From: Opitutaceae bacterium
Lineage (GTDB): Bacteria > Verrucomicrobiota > Verrucomicrobiia > Opitutales > Opitutaceae
Direction: 5' to 3'
DNA: 64,000 nucleotides
Assembly (NCBI GenBank): GCA_028688225.1
Contig: JAQTYQ010000001.1
Span: forward strand, 115,664 to 179,663
This document shows positions 53,096-62,854 of this stretch, one piece after another. How positions within the stretch are numbered: position 1 is the stretch's first letter; each line of letters starts with the position of its first letter. Made by a program: the position numbers and the translations under genes. The notes below the pieces were generated by a model. The model saw nothing but the letters and a program-made list of their open reading frames with translations. It did not search any database and was not told where the DNA came from.

Positions 53096-54367
53096 TCACA
53101 CCACGCGCGTCCACAGGACCTTGAGGTAGCGGCTTTCGAGGCAGTTGGAATACACGGGATGATCCGGCCCGGGGCCGGTGCGGTCGAAAAACTGCAGCCG
53201 GCGGTTGAGCCGGTGCGCGGCCTTGATGACGTGCGCCTCGAACTCCTCCAGGCTCACGAGACCGGAGCAGGAGCAGGTGACGAACAGCCCGCCCGGCTGC
53301 ACCAGGCTGAGGGCGAGCTGATTGAGATCCTCGTATTTGCGGCGGCCCTCGAAGTGCCCCGGGCCTTCGCGGGTGAGCACGAATTTCGGCGGATCGAGCA
53401 CGACCGCATCCCACTGCTCCCCGTTCTGCTGCATCTGCCGCGCATAGGCGAAGGCATCGGCGTGCACCCAGCGCAGGCGCGCCGGCGGCACCTGGTTGAG
53501 GTTCTGGTTGCGCCGCGCCTGCGCCACCGCGGTTTCGTCGAGGTCGACGCCGGTCGCATCGGCCGCGCCCCCGTGCACGGCGGCGGCGAGCGCAAAGCCG
53601 CCCGTGTAGCAGCACAGATCGAGCACCCGGGCGCCTTTGACCAGCTTGGCGAAACGCAGCCGGTTGTCGCGCTGGTCGCAGAAAAAGCCGGTCTTGTGGC
53701 CCTCGGCAAAATCGACCTCGAATTTCACGCCGTTTTCCCGGATGCGCACCCGGTCCGGGGCCGACGCCGTGATCTCCTTCATCAGCGACGGCTTGATGCC
53801 CTCAAGGCTGCCGCGGTCGTGGTCGACATGCACCTGCACGTGCTTCGTGCCGCAGAGTTCGTGCAACAGCGGCAGCCATTGCGGCAGGCGTTGGAAGACG
53901 CCGAGGCTGTAGACATCGCAGAACAGCACATCGCCATAGCGGTCGACCGTCAGGCCGCTGAGCCCGTCGCCGTCGGAGTTGATGACGCGCCAGGCGTCGG
54001 ACTGGGCGTCGAGCTTGAACAGGTCCCGGCGCAGCGCCACGGCGCGGCGCAGCGCCGCCGTGAAATACTCCTCACCCAACGGCTCGGCCGTGTGCGCGAC
54101 GACGCGCAGCGGCATCTTGGCGCGCGGGTTGTAGAGGCCGATGCCGACGCGGTTGCCGAACTTGTCGTACACCGAAACGAGGTCGCCGGGCTTGGCGTCG
54201 CGCGACACCTCGCCGAGCATGCGCGGGAAGATAGCCGGCTGGAACGTGACGAACTTCAACTGCGCCCATGGCCGCGCCCACGCCGAGCGGTCGACCGGCC
54301 CCTTGGGCGCGGTCTTTTCCGGCATCAGGTCGTTGCGGTCGGGGGTGCGGGCGGTTTCGTCGGCCAT
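53096..54367 (-). CDS. rlmI: SAM-dependent 23S rRNA (cytosine-C5) methyltransferase, RlmI-like (PUA + MTase)
   Basis: PGDLVSVYDKFGNRVGIGLYNP (PUA-like), VLDLCCYTGGFALAAA (SAM motif I), DAVVLDPPKF (motif IV). Start uncertain (54325, 54367 or 54463). Confidence 0.8.
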   Translation of the reverse strand: MADETARTPDRNDLMPEKTAPKGPVDRSAWARPWAQLKFVTFQPAIFPRMLGEVSRDAKPGDLVSVYDKFGNRVGIGLYNPRAKMPLRVVAHTAEPLGEEYFTAALRRAVALRRDLFKLDAQSDAWRVINSDGDGLSGLTVDRYGDVLFCDVYSLGVFQRLPQWLPLLHELCGTKHVQVHVDHDRGSLEGIKPSLMKEITASAPDRVRIRENGVKFEVDFAEGHKTGFFCDQRDNRLRFAKLVKGARVLDLCCYTGGFALAAAVHGGAADATGVDLDETAVAQARRNQNLNQVPPARLRWVHADAFAYARQMQQNGEQWDAVVLDPPKFVLTREGPGHFEGRRKYEDLNQLALSLVQPGGLFVTCSCSGLVSLEEFEAHVIKAAHRLNRRLQFFDRTGPGPDHPVYSNCLESRYLKVLWTRVV

Positions 54368-54467
54368 CGCCTCACGCAAAGCCGCCGGGGCACCGAGGGC
54401 AAAGAAAAAGGCCGGCCTCGCGCACGAGGCCGGCCTATTCTTAGCCGAAAGCAATGGCGGCAAATCC

Positions 54468-55823
54468 TTACGCGACGCGCTCGACGATCAGCGGCGGGGG
54501 CGTGGGCCGCTTCGGGGCGAGGCGGTAGGCGTTCTTGAAGTACTCCAGCGCCTGCTCGAGCTTCGCCTCGTCGTTGTAATGGATCATCATGAGCGGCTCG
54601 CCCTGCTTCACCTGCGTGCCGACCTTCTTGATTTCCGACACACCGACCGCGTAGTCGATCCGGCCGTGCGGTTCGTCGCGACCGGCGCCGAGCAGATGCA
54701 CACCGCGCGCAATCATGGCCGCGTTGATGGTGTGCACATAGCCGCGCTTCGGGGCGGGCAGCTTGCGGATATGCTTCGCCTGCGGGAATTTTTCCGGATG
54801 GTCGATGAAGGAGATGTCGCCGCCCTGCGCCTTGACGAGCTCCTTGAACTTCTCGAGCGCGGAACCGTCGGTCAGGTGGCGCTGCACGGTCTGCTTGGCG
54901 GAAAGCGTGGAGCCCGCCACGCCGGCCAGGCGCACGATCTCCATGCCGAGCTTGAGGACGAGCTCCTTCGCGTCCTCGGGCCCTTGGCCCTTGAGCAGCT
55001 GGATGGCCTCCTTGACTTCGAGCGAAGTGCCGACCGAATCGCCGAGCGGCTGGTTCATGTCGGTGACCAGCGCGACGCAGCGGCGCTTCATCGAGCGGCC
55101 GACGCGCGTCATGGAGCGCGCGAGCTGTTTGGCCTGTTCGAGGTCCTTGATGAAGGAGCCGTTGCCCCACTTGACATCGATCACCAGGCCCTCGGAACCC
55201 TCGGCGAGCTTGCGCGAGAGCACGCTGCCGGTGATGAGCGGCAGGCTCGGGATGGTGCCGGTATCCTTGCGCAGCTCATAGAACTTGGCGTCGGCCGGAG
55301 CGAGGTCGGGCACCTGCAGGGTGATCGCGCCGCCGATGCGGCCCAGTTGCTCGACAAAATGCGGAATGCCCTGATGCCCCTTGAAGCCCGGGATGGCGCC
55401 AAGCTTGTCGAGCGTGTTGACCACGAACTCCTGGTCCGTGCCGCACATCATGGGCACCACCACGCCGCTGGCCATGGCCAGGGGCACGAGCACGAGCGAG
55501 GTTTTGTCGCCCACGCCGCCGGTGGAATACTTGTCGATCTTGGGCTTGGAGATGTGCGATAGATCAATGACTTCGCCGGAAAGCATCATCTCCTCGGTAA
55601 GAATCGCCGTCTCCTGCGCCGACATGTTGGCGAAGTAGATCGCCATCAAAAGAGCTGCAAGCTGGTGCTGGGGCATCTCTCCATCCAGCGTGGAGTCAAT
55701 GATATAGCGAATCTCCTCTTGGGTGAACTCATTCCCGTCGCGCTTTTTCTCAATCAGATAGCTGAAGGAAGGCTTGATAAACCTGCGTGACGGCAGGGGG
55801 CGTTTTCTCATGTGACTTGTCAT
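54468..55823 (-). CDS. Thymidine/pyrimidine-nucleoside phosphorylase homolog with a divergent glycine-rich loop
   Basis: IEKKRDG, KIDKYSTGGVGDKTSL, TLDKLGAIPGF, LAPADAKFY and PLITGSVLSRKLAEG align colinearly with DeoA/Pdp. The start is chosen at the ATG at 55823. The track uses a TTG at 55877. Confidence 0.8.
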   Translation of the reverse strand: MTSHMRKRPLPSRRFIKPSFSYLIEKKRDGNEFTQEEIRYIIDSTLDGEMPQHQLAALLMAIYFANMSAQETAILTEEMMLSGEVIDLSHISKPKIDKYSTGGVGDKTSLVLVPLAMASGVVVPMMCGTDQEFVVNTLDKLGAIPGFKGHQGIPHFVEQLGRIGGAITLQVPDLAPADAKFYELRKDTGTIPSLPLITGSVLSRKLAEGSEGLVIDVKWGNGSFIKDLEQAKQLARSMTRVGRSMKRRCVALVTDMNQPLGDSVGTSLEVKEAIQLLKGQGPEDAKELVLKLGMEIVRLAGVAGSTLSAKQTVQRHLTDGSALEKFKELVKAQGGDISFIDHPEKFPQAKHIRKLPAPKRGYVHTINAAMIARGVHLLGAGRDEPHGRIDYAVGVSEIKKVGTQVKQGEPLMMIHYNDEAKLEQALEYFKNAYRLAPKRPTPPPLIVERVA

Positions 55824-56021
55824 GGAACGTGTTGGTGCCGGAGTCCGATGTCGGTAAAAGTGTACCACAAAAAACAATCTATCCTGTTTGTCGAGACAAT
55901 TTTACCCATCTTGGGTGTGCTGCTTGAGACAAAGTCTAAAAGACATTTCCCTGGCTTTTTGAGACAAACACCGGCCGATTACTAGCTTGCGGCGATTTCG
56001 GCTGCTTCGTTGAGTGACCGG

Positions 56022-57776
56022 ATGGATCTTCGCTTCGATCTTGCCGCCGCCCTTGAGCGCGAACTGACCGAGGCCGCACTCCGCTCGGGTCTGACTGAGG
56101 CCGGCTTCACGCCCGCCGTGCGGCCGGCCGACCCTGTTCACGGCGATTTCCAGGCCAACGGTGTGCTCGCCTATGCCAAGCGCCAGCGCCAGAATCCGCG
56201 CGCTCTGGCCGGGGCCCTGGTGCAACAGCTCGGCGGGCTGGCTGCGCTCGCCGACATCGCGATCGCCGGACCGGGCTTCATCAACTTCAAGCTCAAGCCC
56301 GCCACCTTGCTCGACTGGCTGCGCGCCCATGGCACCCGCGCCGCGCTGGCCGCCGGCGCGTCGGCCGCCGAACAGGGGCGCACGGTCGTGGTCGACTACA
56401 GTTCGCCGAACACGGCGAAGCAGATGCACGTCGGCCACCTGCGCTCGGCCGTGATCGGCGAGGCCATCAGCCGCCTGCTGCAGTTTAGCGGTGCGCAGGT
56501 CATCCGGGACAATCACGTGGGCGACTGGGGCACGCAGTTCGGCAAGTTGATCTGGGCCTACAAGCGCCACCTTGATCCCGCCGCCCTGGCCCGCGATCCG
56601 CTCGAGGAATTTGAGCGTCTCTACAAGGCGGGCCACCACGCCGCCGAGGCCGATCCCGCCGTGCTCAAGGAGGCCCAGCAGGAACTCGTCAGGCTCCAGG
56701 CCCATGATCCCGAAAATCTCGCCATCTGGAGGAAGATCAACGAGGCCAGCCTGGCCGCCTTCCAGGAGATCTATGACCGGCTCGGCATCCGCTTCGACGC
56801 CGTCCACGGCGAGAGCTTCTACAACGACCGGCTCGACCAGATCTACGGCGAGCTTGAGTCCTGCGGCCTCGCCGGGGAGAGCGAGGGGGCGCTCGTGGTT
56901 TTTCACCCGGAGCACCCGCGCTTCAAGGCACAGCCGTTCATCATCCGCAAATCCGACGGTGCGGCCAACTATGCCACGACCGATCTCGCCACGATCCTTT
57001 ACCGGGCCGAGCATTTTCGCGCCACCAGCGCGCTTTATGTCGTCGACAAGCGCCAGTCCGACCATTTCGCGCAGCTCTTTCTGACCGCGAGCAAGTGGTT
57101 CGAGAAAACCAACCGCGTCCTGCCCCGCCTCGAGCATGTCGACTTCGGCACCGTGCTTGGCGAGGACGGACGGCCGCTCAAGACCCGCAGCGGTGAGAAC
57201 ATCCGCCTCAAGGACCTGCTCGACGAGGCCGTCGAGCGTTCCTACCGGCTCGTGAGCGAGAAAAATCCCGAGCTCGCCGAGGAGGAGCGCCGCGCCATCG
57301 CGCGGATCGTGGGCGTCGGCTCGGTGCAATACGCCGACCTTTCGCAAAACCGCTCCAGCGACTACCTGTTTGCCTGGGACAAGATGATCTCGCTCGACGG
57401 CAACACCGCCGCCTACCTGCTCTACGCCGTCGCCCGCATTCACAGCATCTTCCGCAAGCTCGACCTGACCCCCGGCGACGCCGCCGCGGAGGCCGGCGCC
57501 ACGCCGTTCGAAACGCCCGCCGAGCTCGCCCTCGCCCGCAAGCTCGTGCGTTTCCCTGATGCCCTGGCTGCCGCCACCGGCAATCTCCGTCCCCACTTCC
57601 TCTGCACCTACCTCTACGAACTCGCCGGCGAGTTCAGCACCTTTTACAGCGCGGACAGAGTGGCGGTCGACGCCGGGCCGGTGCGCGCCCGCCGGCTGGT
57701 GCTCTGCAACCGGACGCTGCTGGTGCTCGAAACCGGCCTGCAACTCCTTGGCCTGCGGCTGCTGACGAAAATGTAG
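56022..57776 (+). CDS. argS: Arginine--tRNA ligase
   Basis: DFQANGVLAYAK, VVVDYSSPNTAKQMHVGHLRS (HIGH-type motif), and C-terminal anticodon-binding DALR-like region. ATG at 56022 (a TTG at 56010 is also possible). Confidence 0.95.
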   Translation: MDLRFDLAAALERELTEAALRSGLTEAGFTPAVRPADPVHGDFQANGVLAYAKRQRQNPRALAGALVQQLGGLAALADIAIAGPGFINFKLKPATLLDWLRAHGTRAALAAGASAAEQGRTVVVDYSSPNTAKQMHVGHLRSAVIGEAISRLLQFSGAQVIRDNHVGDWGTQFGKLIWAYKRHLDPAALARDPLEEFERLYKAGHHAAEADPAVLKEAQQELVRLQAHDPENLAIWRKINEASLAAFQEIYDRLGIRFDAVHGESFYNDRLDQIYGELESCGLAGESEGALVVFHPEHPRFKAQPFIIRKSDGAANYATTDLATILYRAEHFRATSALYVVDKRQSDHFAQLFLTASKWFEKTNRVLPRLEHVDFGTVLGEDGRPLKTRSGENIRLKDLLDEAVERSYRLVSEKNPELAEEERRAIARIVGVGSVQYADLSQNRSSDYLFAWDKMISLDGNTAAYLLYAVARIHSIFRKLDLTPGDAAAEAGATPFETPAELALARKLVRFPDALAAATGNLRPHFLCTYLYELAGEFSTFYSADRVAVDAGPVRARRLVLCNRTLLVLETGLQLLGLRLLTKM

Positions 57777-57858
57777 CCCGGGGCGGATCGTGACGGGCCG
57801 CCGGGCCCCGTCAAAACGCGCTTGCCGCTCCCCGGCCTTCAAGCCACATTCCCCGCCG

Positions 57859-58608
57859 ATGCCGACCCAGGAGTATTACGTCCGCGGAATCAACGACACG
57901 GAGGCCCGCGGCCCCTTCACGGTGGAGCAGCTTATCACCCTGGGGGAAACGGGGCAGGTCGACGCCGAGACCCTCTATTACGACGACGCCACCGAGCAGT
58001 GGGCCACCATCGGCTCCAACGAGGAGCTGAAGGGCGCCGTCTTTCCCCTGAAGAAAAAGCTGACCGTCAAGCCCAAGGAGGGTATCAAGTCGCTCAACGT
58101 CCAGAAGGAGGAACACCGGTCCATCACCGTCGAGCAGATGCTGGCTGCGGCCGAGGGCCGGACCGAGGAGACCAAGGACAAACGCGATTACATCACCGTC
58201 CAGTACAACTCCGCCCGGATCGGCATGTATGCCGGCCTTGTCATCTTCGCGCTCAGCGCCGTCGCGTTCCTCCTGCCCCAGATCGACATCGTGATGTCGC
58301 TCGATGTCGGCAAGATCACGCAGCAGCCGCTCCTCCTGCTCGGGCTGGTCGACGTGGTGTGCGCGGTGCTGCTCGGCCTGGGCATGGCGGCGGCCTATCC
58401 GTTCATCCGCTTCCGTGCCGCGTTCGGCTTGGGCTTCCTCGGCCTGCTCTTCTGGGTCCAGGACCAGCCGCTCACGGCCCTGGCCGTGGCCGCCGGCTCG
58501 GTGGGCATGTATTTCTGCACCGTGTTTCTGAGCTACGCTCCCATCATCACGTCCGCGCTGCTGGGTCTGGCCGGCATCGGGGGTTTCGCCTATTTCATGC
58601 TGACCTGA
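57859..58608 (+). CDS. GYF_2-domain membrane protein
   Basis: The N-terminal YYVRGINDTEARGPFTVEQLITLGETGQVDAETLYYDDATEQWATIG matches the GYF_2/DUF4339 pattern. Four hydrophobic helices follow. Confidence 0.7.
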   Translation: MPTQEYYVRGINDTEARGPFTVEQLITLGETGQVDAETLYYDDATEQWATIGSNEELKGAVFPLKKKLTVKPKEGIKSLNVQKEEHRSITVEQMLAAAEGRTEETKDKRDYITVQYNSARIGMYAGLVIFALSAVAFLLPQIDIVMSLDVGKITQQPLLLLGLVDVVCAVLLGLGMAAAYPFIRFRAAFGLGFLGLLFWVQDQPLTALAVAAGSVGMYFCTVFLSYAPIITSALLGLAGIGGFAYFMLT

Positions 58609-58656
58609 GGCGCAGGGCGGCCCCGCGGGGCGGCGCCCGATTCAACATACTTCCGC

Positions 58657-60111
58657 ATGGGCTGGCTGGCTGATCGCTACCGCAGGTTCGAGCACTTCTA
58701 CCGCCGCGGCATCTGGCAGCCCATGGCGCTCCGGGAGCATCCGGTGCGCGGCCGTTGGCGGGGCCTGCTGCGCATCGTGTCGATCACGAGCACCGGCCTG
58801 TTTGAAAACCACATCACCACGCGCGCCGCCGCCTTGAGCTACGCCTCACTGCTCGGCCTGGGGCCGCTCGTGGCCCTCGCCATGCTCGTGGCGGGTTTCG
58901 TCCTCAACCAGCGCGACCCGGCCCTCGCCGTCAACACGATGAACCGGGTCATCAAGTTCATCGCGCCGCAGGTGGCGCAATACGAGCACCTCGACCAGTC
59001 CGCTGCGCCCGGCCCGGCGGCGCCGGAAGCCGCCAATCCCGCCCTTGGGCAGGTAATCGACAGCTTTATCGCCGGCAGCCGCTCGGGCACGGCCGGGGTC
59101 GTGGGGGCGCTCACCCTCATCCTCATCGTCATCCAGCTGTTCACCTCGGTCGAGAACGCCTTCAACGCCGTCTGGGGCGTGCGGCGCGGCCGCTCCTGGC
59201 TGCTGCGCGTGGTGTTCTACTGGACGATCATCACACTGGGCGCCGTGCTCTTCTTCGCCTCGCTCACGGCGCTGTCGGCGGCGGCGTTCATCAACGTCTT
59301 CTTCGAACGGATGCCCTTCGGGGCCGAGCTGCTCCGGGCGCTGCGCTGGCTGCTGCCCTCGCTCTCGGTCGTGGTGCTGGTGGCGGTCCTTGCCCTCTTC
59401 TACCGTTACATTCCCAACACGCGTGTCTTCTGGCGGGCGGCCCTGGTCGGCGCGCTCATCGTCACCGCGCTGCTCTTTCTCAACAACTACCTCGCATTCC
59501 TTTATTTCAAGCGCGTCGTACTCCAGCGCAGCCTCTACGGCTCGCTCGGCATCCTGCCGATCCTGATGCTCGGACTCTACATCTTCTGGTTTTTCGTGCT
59601 CGTGGGCGGGCAGATCAGCTACGCCGTGCAGAACGTCCATTACCGCAGCAGCCAGGCGGCCTGGCAGAACCTGAGCGCAACCACCCGCGAAAGCCTCTCC
59701 CTGCTCGTGCTGCTGGTCATCTGCCGCCGCTTCAAGGACTGTCTGCCCGCCTGTTCCGCGTCCGAGCTCGGCCAGCTCATCAAGGCCCCCACCCAGATCC
59801 TCAACGAATGCCTCAACCGGCTGGGCGATCTCGGCCTCGTCGCCGCCATCCCCCCGGCGGAGGGACAGTCGTCGCTCGACTACCGCTACCAGCCGGCCCG
59901 CCCGCTCGGACGCGTCACGCTGGCCGAATTCAAGCAGTTGTTCGACCACCACGGCGAGAATCCCACCGGCGAAAACCTCGAGGCGGTCGATCCCGTGCTC
60001 CAGTTCTACCACGAGCGCCTCGCCCGCCTCCGGCAGGATGCCCTCGGCACGCAGACGCTGGAAACGCTGCTGGAGGAACTGCCGGCCGCCTCGCGGTCCG
60101 CCGGCGGGTGA
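58657..60111 (+). CDS. YihY/BrkB-family inner membrane protein with a C-terminal soluble extension
   Basis: AAALSYASLLGLGPLVALAM and the multi-helix core are typical of the YihY family. The extension is about 130 aa and may be winged-helix-like. Confidence 0.85.
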   Translation: MGWLADRYRRFEHFYRRGIWQPMALREHPVRGRWRGLLRIVSITSTGLFENHITTRAAALSYASLLGLGPLVALAMLVAGFVLNQRDPALAVNTMNRVIKFIAPQVAQYEHLDQSAAPGPAAPEAANPALGQVIDSFIAGSRSGTAGVVGALTLILIVIQLFTSVENAFNAVWGVRRGRSWLLRVVFYWTIITLGAVLFFASLTALSAAAFINVFFERMPFGAELLRALRWLLPSLSVVVLVAVLALFYRYIPNTRVFWRAALVGALIVTALLFLNNYLAFLYFKRVVLQRSLYGSLGILPILMLGLYIFWFFVLVGGQISYAVQNVHYRSSQAAWQNLSATTRESLSLLVLLVICRRFKDCLPACSASELGQLIKAPTQILNECLNRLGDLGLVAAIPPAEGQSSLDYRYQPARPLGRVTLAEFKQLFDHHGENPTGENLEAVDPVLQFYHERLARLRQDALGTQTLETLLEELPAASRSAGG

Positions 60112-60140
60112 AGCGCGGCGGCCGCGGGCTGCCAGGATTG

Positions 60141-61145
60141 TCATTCCCCTCCGGTGAGCGACGTTGGCAGATTTCCGGTGCGCAGGGCGATGGTCGCGTA
60201 AATCTTCGGCACATACAGGCGCGTCTCCGCGGGCAGCGCCGGGACGATCTCCGCAAAGGTCCGGGCCTTCCGGGCCGTGAGCACGCGGCTGACCCGGCCC
60301 TCGCCGGCATTGTAGGCCGCGAGCGCCAGGGCCCAGTCGCCGAACCGGTCGTGCAAGCTCCGCAGCAGGTGGGCGGCGGCCCGGGCGCTTTTTTCGGGAT
60401 CGGTCCGCTCGTCGGGCCGCCCGGTGCTCAGGCCGAGCATTTTCGCGGTGTCGGGCATGAGCTGGAACAGGCCCCGGGCGCCGGCCGGGCTGCGGGCGCC
60501 GGGATTGAATGTCGATTCCACCTCGGCCATCCAGGCGAGATCCGCCGGCACGCCCTCGACGGCAAACGCCGCGCGCAGCCCGGGCATGAGTGCGGCGGCG
60601 GCGGGCGGCGCGGGCCGGCCGCGCAGGCGCTGCAGCCACAGGTCGTAATACGGCATCGCGAGACGCCGCGGCGGGCGGCCGGGAATGGGTGCCACCGGCG
60701 GAGGCCGGGCGGCCAGCCGGGCTGTTTCAATCAGGTCGAGCCGCTCCTCCAGCCAGTCTGCATACTCCTCGTAACCCGGGATCGTCCGCAGCGCGTCGAG
60801 CGCCGCCCGCGCCTGCGGTTCGTACGCCGCCAGTTCCTCGAGCGAATCGCCCGCCAGCGCGTGCTGCAGCTTCACGGCGAACTCGTCCCACTGCTCCCGG
60901 GACGGGAACTCGTACTGCTCCTTGATCTCGGGCGGCGCATACTGGTCGAAAAGCGATTTGCCCAGCTCGTAAGCCTGGTCCGGCGTGAGCGGTTGCGCCG
61001 CGCTGGTGGCGTCGGTCGCCGCCGACGGCGATGGCGCCGGCTGATCGGTCGCATTGCCGGACTCCGCCGCCCGGACGCACGGCCCCACCGCGGCGATGAG
61101 CGCAGCCAGAACCACCGGGAGGAAAACAGGACGGCGTCGGTGCAT
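60141..61145 (-). CDS. Lytic murein transglycosylase (SLT domain), secreted
   Basis: [28 protein letters not shown] and [13 protein letters not shown] are GH23/SLT motifs. The signal peptide begins at the ATG at 61145 ([19 protein letters not shown]). The track start is at 61202. Confidence 0.85.
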   Translation of the reverse strand: MHRRRPVFLPVVLAALIAAVGPCVRAAESGNATDQPAPSPSAATDATSAAQPLTPDQAYELGKSLFDQYAPPEIKEQYEFPSREQWDEFAVKLQHALAGDSLEELAAYEPQARAALDALRTIPGYEEYADWLEERLDLIETARLAARPPPVAPIPGRPPRRLAMPYYDLWLQRLRGRPAPPAAAALMPGLRAAFAVEGVPADLAWMAEVESTFNPGARSPAGARGLFQLMPDTAKMLGLSTGRPDERTDPEKSARAAAHLLRSLHDRFGDWALALAAYNAGEGRVSRVLTARKARTFAEIVPALPAETRLYVPKIYATIALRTGNLPTSLTGGE

Positions 61146-61198
61146 GCGGAGACTGACCGCGCCCACGCCCACAGGTTGCGCCATTCCCTCCGCGCCCA

Positions 61199-62263
61199 TC
61201 ATTGCGCCGGTTGCACCGCGCCCCCGTCCGCCGCCGGCCGGCTCACCGCCGGGAGGAAGAGGGTGAATTGGGTTCCCACGCCGACCTCCGACTGCAACTC
61301 CACCCAGCCCCGATGGGTCTGCATCACTTTCAGGACCGAGGCCAGACCGAGTCCGGTCCCCTTCCCCAAGGGCTTGGTGGTAAAGAAGGGACTGAACACC
61401 CGCACAAAATCGCTGCGGGCAATGCCGCAGCCGGTGTCGGCCACCGCGATGGTCACATGCGTCCCGCTCACCGGCTTCGGCTGGAACAAGGAGTGATAGC
61501 GGCTCAACTCGCGCGCCTTGGCCTCGATGATGATCTGCTGGCGCGCTGCCTGCTCGAGGGCATCCCGCGCGTTCAGCACCAGATTCAGGAGCGCCATGTT
61601 GAATTGCGACGGCAGCAGCTCCACATCGGGAAGATTTTCCTCGATCTTCAGGGTCACCTCGACCTGCCGACCGGCCGCCTGCCTGAGCACGGGCAGGCTG
61701 TTGCGCAATTCCCGCCCGACATCAGTCTCCGCGAAAGAAGCCGGCGCGTTGCGCATGAACAACATCAGCTGCTGGATGAGCTGCTCGGCCTGGATGACCG
61801 AGCGTTCAATCTGCTCGATATGGGCCGGAAGGGTCCGGACGTCGTAATGCTCCAGTTTCACCATGTCGGCCATGCCGCGGATGACAGCGAGGATGTTGTT
61901 GAAATCATGGATCAGCGTCCCGGCCAGCGTGCCGAGGGCCTCCAGCCGCTGCGCCACGCTCAACATGCCCTCCATCAGCTGCTTTTCCTCCGCCTGCCGC
62001 CGGGCCCGGGCATTGGTCAGCGCGACCATCAGGTAAAGCCCGGCTCCGGTCACGGTGACAAAGAAGATGCCCTTGGCGTTTTCCAACAGATTGAGCAAGC
62101 GGGCGTTCCCGCCCGCCAGAAACGCCGCCATCCCGCTCGAACCGAGAATCCACCCCACCGAGACGACAAAATAAATGCCGGCGATCTGGGCCGCGCCACG
62201 ATCAAACCCGAGGATTGGCCGGAAGATGCGCCTGCTCATGGCAGGCGTACGATAACCGATCAT
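61199..62263 (-). CDS. Sensor histidine kinase with only two transmembrane helices (intramembrane-sensing type); no cognate regulator adjacent
   Basis: H-box [15 protein letters not shown]. HATPase motifs [16 protein letters not shown] and [11 protein letters not shown]. The start must be internal (62263 or 62239) because the track ORF overlaps the SdpI-like gene. Confidence 0.85.
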   Translation of the reverse strand: MIGYRTPAMSRRIFRPILGFDRGAAQIAGIYFVVSVGWILGSSGMAAFLAGGNARLLNLLENAKGIFFVTVTGAGLYLMVALTNARARRQAEEKQLMEGMLSVAQRLEALGTLAGTLIHDFNNILAVIRGMADMVKLEHYDVRTLPAHIEQIERSVIQAEQLIQQLMLFMRNAPASFAETDVGRELRNSLPVLRQAAGRQVEVTLKIEENLPDVELLPSQFNMALLNLVLNARDALEQAARQQIIIEAKARELSRYHSLFQPKPVSGTHVTIAVADTGCGIARSDFVRVFSPFFTTKPLGKGTGLGLASVLKVMQTHRGWVELQSEVGVGTQFTLFLPAVSRPAADGGAVQPAQ

Positions 62264-62304
62264 CCTCCCTCGGCAATTTCTTCCTTTTCGCCCGGCCCGG
62301 CGGG

Positions 62305-62643
62305 TCAGTCTTTCCTCGTCCGCGCGGCATACACCATGATCGCGGCCACCAGCAGGGCCAGGCCTCCCATGATAATCCAAGTGGCGGTCAGTGTATAGTC
62401 CGGCCATTGTTTTTTCTCCAGCGTCAGGCCGGCGACGCCGGTGCCGGCCACGATCACGCCCCAGGCCAGCAGCAGCCCGCCGCCAAAGCGATTGATCTCA
62501 TACCAGCGCTCCTCCGACTTGAACGCCTCGGGAATGCGCACGCCGTACCAACAATTGGGCTTCACTTTTTTCAGGATCAGCGGAATCGCCAGGGCAATCA
62601 CCACGGCTGCGACGATGAGATGGATGACGGCATGGGGGTTCAT
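62305..62643 (-). CDS. SdpI/YhfL-family small membrane protein
   Basis: NCWYGVRIPEAFKSEERWYEINRFGG between hydrophobic helices matches the SdpI family pattern. Confidence 0.7.
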   Translation of the reverse strand: MNPHAVIHLIVAAVVIALAIPLILKKVKPNCWYGVRIPEAFKSEERWYEINRFGGGLLLAWGVIVAGTGVAGLTLEKKQWPDYTLTATWIIMGGLALLVAAIMVYAARTRKD

Positions 62644-62742
62644 GGATTTTTCTCCCGCCGGTTTCCGAATATGCCGCCGGCGGTGGCCTTTCCAAGGCTA
62701 TTAGCACCGGCCTTCAGGCCTGGGGTCCTGCCGCAGGAGCCT

Positions 62743-62781
62743 CCCGGCAACATGTAAACTGATAGATGACATGTTGCCGGG
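62743..62781 (-). terminator. Perfect 13-bp hairpin between two minus-strand genes
   Basis: CCCGGCAACATGT - 13-nt loop - ACATGTTGCCGGG. No U-tract, so assignment as a terminator is tentative. Confidence 0.35.
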
Positions 62782-62854
62782 GTGTCCGGAATACGGAGAA
62801 TCTCCCCACGCCAGGTCCCGGCCATGCCGGCGGCGGGGGCGAACCGCCGCCGCC

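Noticed and set aside
55902-61496. Long antisense ORFs (646 aa at 55902-57842, 597 aa at 58846-60639, 562 aa at 59808-61496)
   Set aside because: Each lies opposite a well-supported gene (argS, yihY-like, SLT/kinase) and has shadow-ORF composition.
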